From positions 56,834 through 120,833 of the forward strand of contig NZ_JAWRKF010000005.1 in assembly GCF_040307045.1 (NCBI RefSeq): a stretch of DNA of 64,000 bases, read 5' to 3'. Numbering within the stretch: the first letter of the stretch is position 1; the number at the start of each line of letters is the position of its first letter. Position numbers and translations under genes: made by a program. Origin of the DNA: Anaerotignum sp. GTDB lineage: Bacteria; Bacillota; Clostridia; Lachnospirales; Anaerotignaceae. The notes under the pieces are model-generated. The model had not been told where the DNA came from, searched no databases, and saw only the letters and a list, made by a program, of their open reading frames with translations. Shown here piece after piece: positions 59,040-64,000 of this stretch.

Positions 59040-60266
59040 TTATCGCAAAGTAATTGTGAGCTCTAAAGTATCGTCTTTTAACGCCATAATAGAAATTTTG
59101 CCTTTATGTTGCTCCACAATGGCGTTTGCAATGGAAAGGCCTAATCCATAACCACCCGTTTGTCTGCTTCTTGAGGAGTCCATACGATAAAAGCGTTCTA
59201 GCAAAATATTCATATTCCCTGTCTGTTCCAAATACGCCTGATTTCTAATGGTTAATTTTCCATTATTGGCTAAAGTTACTTCTATAACAGAGTTCTCCTT
59301 CGAATGCTTTACGCCATTATCCAAAAGGATATACAACAATTGGCGTAACTGATCTTCATTCCCGTTTATCATTACATTGGGACTGACGGATGACACAATG
59401 GTTTTTCCCTGCCCTTGGGCAAAGGCTTCCATTTCGTCACATACATCATTAATAATATTAGATAAATCAATGTTTTCCAAGAATTTTTTTTCTGGGCTTT
59501 CCTCCATTTTTGCAAGGGTGGTCAACTGGTTAGTTAGCCTGGTTAGACGTTCTACTTGATGTTTAATGCTTTGCGTCCATTGGCTTTCTCCATTTTCCAT
59601 CTCTATCACCTCTCTATTTGCATCAATAATAGAAAGGGGCGTTTTTAACTCATGACCTGCATTGGTAATGAATGTTTTCTGTTTTTCATAACTTTCCGCC
59701 ACAGGACGCACCGCTGCTTTTGAAAGAAGCACAATTAAGAAGCAAACTGCCAGAAAGCCCGCACCACCCACATAAATACTGTTTAAAAGAAAATTATTTG
59801 TAAAAAACAAATCTTTTGTACAGTCTAAAAACACCAGTAATGTTCCCTCTTCCACTTCCGTTTTGTGGTATCGATAAGAGCCATAAAAACCCCTGTCCTT
59901 CCCCTTCTCCATCACTGAATTTGTCATATCATTTGCTTCCCCCAAGGAAACAGAGGCAATACTATTCATATTAATGGCAATTTGCTCTTGCTCCCCATTT
60001 AAGGTGACTGAAAAATATCGTGTTGAAAAAGGCTCCTCGGGCGAAAATTCTAATCTCTTTTCAGGAATAAATTCTCCTTTGGGCTTGTCCTTATGAATCT
60101 TTGGAAAAATGCCGTTATTGGCAGAGATGGCATTTAGTGTTCTATCTGCGTTATGGGTCATATTACTATAATTCCATACATTGATACAAACAAGAAACAA
60201 AAAAAGCACAATGAATACGCATAGCGAAGCGATACCAATAAAACGAAGCCTTAATTTTTCGCTCAT
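59040..60266 (-). CDS. Sensor histidine kinase (two TM segments, HisKA plus HATPase)
   Basis: H-box NAGHELKTPLS, N-box LLDNGVKHS, G-box GGYGLGLSIA. The ATG at 60266 overlaps the response-regulator stop (ATGA). Confidence 0.88.
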   Translation of the reverse strand: MSEKLRLRFIGIASLCVFIVLFLFLVCINVWNYSNMTHNADRTLNAISANNGIFPKIHKDKPKGEFIPEKRLEFSPEEPFSTRYFSVTLNGEQEQIAINMNSIASVSLGEANDMTNSVMEKGKDRGFYGSYRYHKTEVEEGTLLVFLDCTKDLFFTNNFLLNSIYVGGAGFLAVCFLIVLLSKAAVRPVAESYEKQKTFITNAGHELKTPLSIIDANREVIEMENGESQWTQSIKHQVERLTRLTNQLTTLAKMEESPEKKFLENIDLSNIINDVCDEMEAFAQGQGKTIVSSVSPNVMINGNEDQLRQLLYILLDNGVKHSKENSVIEVTLANNGKLTIRNQAYLEQTGNMNILLERFYRMDSSRSRQTGGYGLGLSIANAIVEQHKGKISIMALKDDTLELTITLR

Positions 60267-60937
60267 GATATAACCTCCAAAGTATAACCCGAATTCCTTA
60301 CCGATTTTATTTGAACATTTGCCCCCACAGTTGTGAGGCGACGGCGTAAGTAGGATATATAAACCCAAACCACACTTATCTCCGCTTGGGTATCGTAACC
60401 CCAAATTCGCTCCAAAAAACGCTCCGCCGATATTAATTGATTGGGATTTAACAGTAATAATTCCATCATTTGAAATTCTTTTCCCATAAGGCGTATTTGT
60501 GCTTTTTGGGTGGAAAGGATAAAGGTGCTACGGTCCAGTGTCATATTTCCAATTGTTAATAGGTTATCCCCACTGCATTCTGTGTTTCTGGTCATGGCAC
60601 GAAGCCGTGCAATTAGCTCCTTCATAGCAAAGGGTTTTGTCAAATAGTCATTGGCTCCGCTATCTAATCCCAAAACCCGATCATCAACCTCAGACTTGGC
60701 AGTTAGCATGAGAACAGGAATCCTATTCCTCTTTTCTCGCAATCTTTTTAAAACGGTGAGACCATCTACCTTAGGCATCATAATATCCAAAATAACGCCA
60801 TCATAATTATCCGCTTCCAAATAATCCAAAGCATCCCCTCCATTATAAACAGCATCAACAGAAAAGCCGCTACGTTGCAAAAATGTTACCAATGCATTAG
60901 AGAGCTCTTTTTCATCCTCAGCCAATAAAATCCTCAT
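60263..60937 (-). CDS. OmpR-family response regulator
   Basis: MRILLAEDE...VILDIMMPKVDG receiver domain and a winged-helix C-terminus (VWVYISYLRRRL...RNSGYTL). The ATG at 60937 follows AGGAGG. Confidence 0.9.
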   Translation of the reverse strand: MRILLAEDEKELSNALVTFLQRSGFSVDAVYNGGDALDYLEADNYDGVILDIMMPKVDGLTVLKRLREKRNRIPVLMLTAKSEVDDRVLGLDSGANDYLTKPFAMKELIARLRAMTRNTECSGDNLLTIGNMTLDRSTFILSTQKAQIRLMGKEFQMMELLLLNPNQLISAERFLERIWGYDTQAEISVVWVYISYLRRRLTTVGANVQIKSVRNSGYTLEVIS

Positions 60938-61016
60938 AGGTGACCACCTCCTGACAAGCAAAATAAAATCTTTTTCCCATTGTACCATAAACCATAAAAA
61001 TGTGTTCTTTTACTAT

Positions 61017-61055
61017 AAAAAAGACCTATTTGTCTTTTCGGCAATAGGTCTTTTT
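61017..61055. terminator. Bidirectional terminator
   Basis: AAGACCTATT/AATAGGTCTT stem with flanking A and T runs. Confidence 0.6.
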
Positions 61056-61309
61056 ATCAATATTTTAGATAAGAATAAAATATTGAATAGGGCTAAATAC
61101 TGTTTAACTTATTATAAACTTGATAGCTTAAATGAAGTTTAAACCAAACAATTTACTCCATATTTTTATTCATTTACAAAAAACAATATGACTTGTTTTA
61201 GATCCCCATTTTTTGCCTGGTGCAAATTACCCACACCTTAGATATTTAACTTATTTAGAGAGCCCTTCATCTCCGGACTAAGGCGTAAGCCCGGCTTCTC
61301 TATGTCAAG

Positions 61310-63301
61310 TTAAGATATTTGTGCTGTTTTTTGTGTCTTCGTTCCATTTGACATTGTTGTCTTTTCTGGCCTAGTGCCATTCATTTGTCCCTTTTCGCCT
61401 CTATTGCCGAATGAATTTGCTGTGCCATAGGAATAACTAAGTCCACTCATTATAAAGCTCTGGCTTTGCTCTCCCATTGCTATAGTGTAAAATGAACCAT
61501 TCTTTAATTCAGGGCAGGAGATCACAACTGTTGGATAAGCTCTTGTTGGATTATATTCCAAAACGATTGTACTTCCACTTTTTAATGTTACTTTTCCACT
61601 TTCAGAAGATGACAGGTTATACTGTGCCCAGCTTTGGGTGGATTGGCTGCCAAATCCACGGAACATTCCGTTAGAACCACAAGCAACAACCTTCCCTCCT
61701 GTGATGGTCACCTCACCATCAGCATCAATGGGGGAGTCAGCACCACTTTCAGGGCCTGTCACATAGACTTCACCGCCAGAGAAATGGATGGTTCCGTTGG
61801 AATCTATCCCATCACCTTTTACATCAATGATAACCTTGCCACCAGAAATGGTAATGTCACAATTTTCACTTGCTCTAAAACCGCCACCTTTGCCCATAGG
61901 ATCCATTGGCATGTGTCCATTTTTTCCCTCTACACCCTGAGGTGGTTGCACTGGTGGATTACCCATTGTTGTTGCACTGGTAGTTCCATCAAAATCAGGT
62001 CTTTCTCCATCTGTTGGAGGAGCCTTATCAGTATCAAAGGCAGGCATTTCTCCATCTTCTGTTTTATTTTGTTGGGGAAATTCTTTCTCATCATTAGCCT
62101 CGCCATTCTCTGCTGCATTTATACCATCATCGGATGCAACGATGTGAATATCGCCTGCAGAAATAAGCACCTTTTCACCTTCAATACCTTCATAGCATTT
62201 TGTAATTTTAATTGTTCCCCCCTCAATAATGGCTTGGCTATCTGCATGGAATCCGTCATCACCTGTGGCAATTGTATAACTACCATCCTTAACACAGAAA
62301 CTGCCATTGGTATGTACTGCATCATCAGCACAATCTAGAGCAAAACTACCTTTAGCGATAAGCACATCACCACCAGCTTTTATTCCCTTTGCACTGGTAT
62401 CATCTGCTAAAGAAACCTCAAGACCTCCACCGGATACAATCTGGAATGTTCCATCATGAATCTGCAGCAGTGCTGCTGCATCAAAGCCATCCCCTTGGGA
62501 TGTAATAGTATATTTTCCGCCCCCAACATATATAAATCCCTTTGTTGCCTCGTCCTTGTTTTCGCTATGGAATCCATCCTTGCCCGCGTTCACTTGGAAG
62601 GTTCCATCTGCAATGCAGATACTATCCTTTGCAGCAAAACCATGCTCTGCCGCAGTCACCTCAAATGTACCTCCTACCAATGTCAACTCATCCTTTGCAA
62701 CAACACCACTGCCATAAGCCGCATGAATGTATAACGTGCCGCTTCCATTGATTGTAATATCATCCTTCGCAAAGACAACACCATCAATTTTGTTGTCATC
62801 AATGGCAACAAACTCGCTTTTGTTGGTAAGAATGTTCTCTGAGTTAGCAGCCAAAGTCACAAAAACTTTATCTGCCTGTCGAACATAGAGAGCTGCACTG
62901 GTATCGCAATTAATGGCCACTCCCTTAAGAACCAGTTGGACTTTATCCGCTGTTTTCGCATCAATTATAATTTGACCATTGGTAAGATTACCACTTAAAA
63001 CGTAAACACCCTCATCTTGAATGGTTGCCACAGAACCTTTAATGCTAACCTTGGTGCTATCTGAGGTTGTTACCTTTGTGGCGTTTAAACTGATAGAAAC
63101 AGCTGAACTTTCGTCATAGGTTCCTGCTTTATCCCTATCACTAAACAATGTAGTTGGGTCTAGCGGTGTTGCAATTACTTTTGTTTCGCCAGTGGCAATG
63201 GTTGAATCTGTGGTTTCGCCCTTTACTGTTGCTTGATTACAGCTACAAAGCAAGCAAGCCATGGTTACAACGGCTATTGCTGTTCTTCTTCTCCCTTTCA
63301 T
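61310..63301 (-). CDS. Cthe_2159-type carbohydrate-binding (beta-helix) domain lipoprotein
   Basis: Signal/lipobox-like ACLLCSC. There are many repeats of the GDGF/DDG turn motif (GKDGFHSEN, QGDGFDAAA, TGDDGFHAD, ASDDGINAA, KGDGIDSNG). An acidic/Pro-rich insert interrupts them. Confidence 0.75.
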   Translation of the reverse strand: MKGRRRTAIAVVTMACLLCSCNQATVKGETTDSTIATGETKVIATPLDPTTLFSDRDKAGTYDESSAVSISLNATKVTTSDSTKVSIKGSVATIQDEGVYVLSGNLTNGQIIIDAKTADKVQLVLKGVAINCDTSAALYVRQADKVFVTLAANSENILTNKSEFVAIDDNKIDGVVFAKDDITINGSGTLYIHAAYGSGVVAKDELTLVGGTFEVTAAEHGFAAKDSICIADGTFQVNAGKDGFHSENKDEATKGFIYVGGGKYTITSQGDGFDAAALLQIHDGTFQIVSGGGLEVSLADDTSAKGIKAGGDVLIAKGSFALDCADDAVHTNGSFCVKDGSYTIATGDDGFHADSQAIIEGGTIKITKCYEGIEGEKVLISAGDIHIVASDDGINAAENGEANDEKEFPQQNKTEDGEMPAFDTDKAPPTDGERPDFDGTTSATTMGNPPVQPPQGVEGKNGHMPMDPMGKGGGFRASENCDITISGGKVIIDVKGDGIDSNGTIHFSGGEVYVTGPESGADSPIDADGEVTITGGKVVACGSNGMFRGFGSQSTQSWAQYNLSSSESGKVTLKSGSTIVLEYNPTRAYPTVVISCPELKNGSFYTIAMGEQSQSFIMSGLSYSYGTANSFGNRGEKGQMNGTRPEKTTMSNGTKTQKTAQIS

Positions 63302-63316
63302 CGCGTACCTCCTAGT

Positions 63317-63970
63317 TTATAGCTCATTATGGCTTAATGGTCTGGAAAGGCTAATTTCCAAATTTCCATTTCTACATCGAATGGCATCTATCATCTTTTT
63401 TTCTTCTACTCCATTTTTCATAGTCACCTGATACGTTAGGCGAAATAAACTTCCCAAATTTGTTGTCTTTACTTCCAAAAGATCACACTCTTTAAAATAT
63501 TTTTCAAAAATATCATCAAAAACTTCAGTATAGTCAAGATTTTCGGGAATGGTAATGCGCAATTGACGATCTTGGGTATTGCTAAAAAAGCTCTTCATTT
63601 TTCTTGAGTTGTATATCAACTCCACCAGCATCAAGATGATTGCAAATATAATTGCTAATGTCAAATAACCCATTCCTACAGCAAGGCCTGCCGCCATGGC
63701 AATAAAAATTGCACCAATTTCTTTTGCTGTTCCGGGAACAGAACGGAACCGAACCAAACTAAATGCACCGGCAACAGCCACACCTGCTCCCAGGTTCCCA
63801 TTTACCATTATGATTACCATGGCAACCACCGTAGGCAACATTGCTAAAGTTATCAAAAAACCAGATGAGCTGTTTCTTTGCTTTTTATGAACCAACATTA
63901 ACAAAAAACCGATAAACAGCGCTGTGGCTATACAAAGAAAAAAAGATAACAACGGAATTTGGGTTTCCAC
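63317..63970 (-). CDS. DUF4956-family membrane protein (5' end may extend past the window)
   Basis: TM-rich N-terminal half (GAGVAVAGAFSLVRFRS) and a soluble C-terminal half. No in-frame stop lies between the GTG at 63970 and position 64000. Confidence 0.75.
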   Translation of the reverse strand: METQIPLLSFFLCIATALFIGFLLMLVHKKQRNSSSGFLITLAMLPTVVAMVIIMVNGNLGAGVAVAGAFSLVRFRSVPGTAKEIGAIFIAMAAGLAVGMGYLTLAIIFAIILMLVELIYNSRKMKSFFSNTQDRQLRITIPENLDYTEVFDDIFEKYFKECDLLEVKTTNLGSLFRLTYQVTMKNGVEEKKMIDAIRCRNGNLEISLSRPLSHNEL

Positions 63971-64000
63971 TATTGGATTTAAAACATTTCCTGAAATAAA

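Noticed and set aside
1-64000. Search for mobile elements, prophage, toxin-antitoxin pairs, restriction-modification or known defence systems
   Set aside because: I recognised no integrase, transposase, recombinase, reverse transcriptase, methyltransferase, nuclease or typical TA gene pair in any frame. The single tRNA has no adjacent integrase.

Overview
Low-GC chromosomal segment (roughly 40% GC by eye) from an anaerobic, spore-forming Firmicute. The Clostridia-like markers are spoIIP, yaaL-bofA, a SCIFF peptide/radical-SAM maturase pair and pyruvate:ferredoxin oxidoreductase. I can support about 55 protein genes and one tRNA-Arg(CCT). I recognise no rRNA, CRISPR array, transposase, integrase or phage genes. 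Most of the window is housekeeping: potABCD with an XRE-cupin regulator, cdaA-cdaR-glmM, greA-lysS, proC, dapH/dapL, PFOR, a MarR-MFP-RND efflux operon, an MBOAT/DHHW acylation locus and a two-component system. Four things deserve a second look. (1) A tightly coupled operon (13.0-17.1 kb) encodes a signal-peptide-less BspA-type LRR protein, a metallopeptidase-like/vWA (DUF2201-type) protein and a MoxR-class AAA+ ATPase; this is my best candidate for an uncharacterised system. (2) Two dense clusters of consensus DnaA boxes (7 perfect TTATCCACA within 1.4 kb) flank a rhomboid protease gene with no dnaA nearby. (3) PotA carries a roughly 190-aa insertion with two Ig-like repeats inside its C-terminal regulatory domain. 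(4) A 48-aa SCIFF precursor gene is missing from the ORF track and is separated from its maturase by an intrinsic terminator. All calls come from reading motifs in the supplied translations and sequence; no database search was possible.
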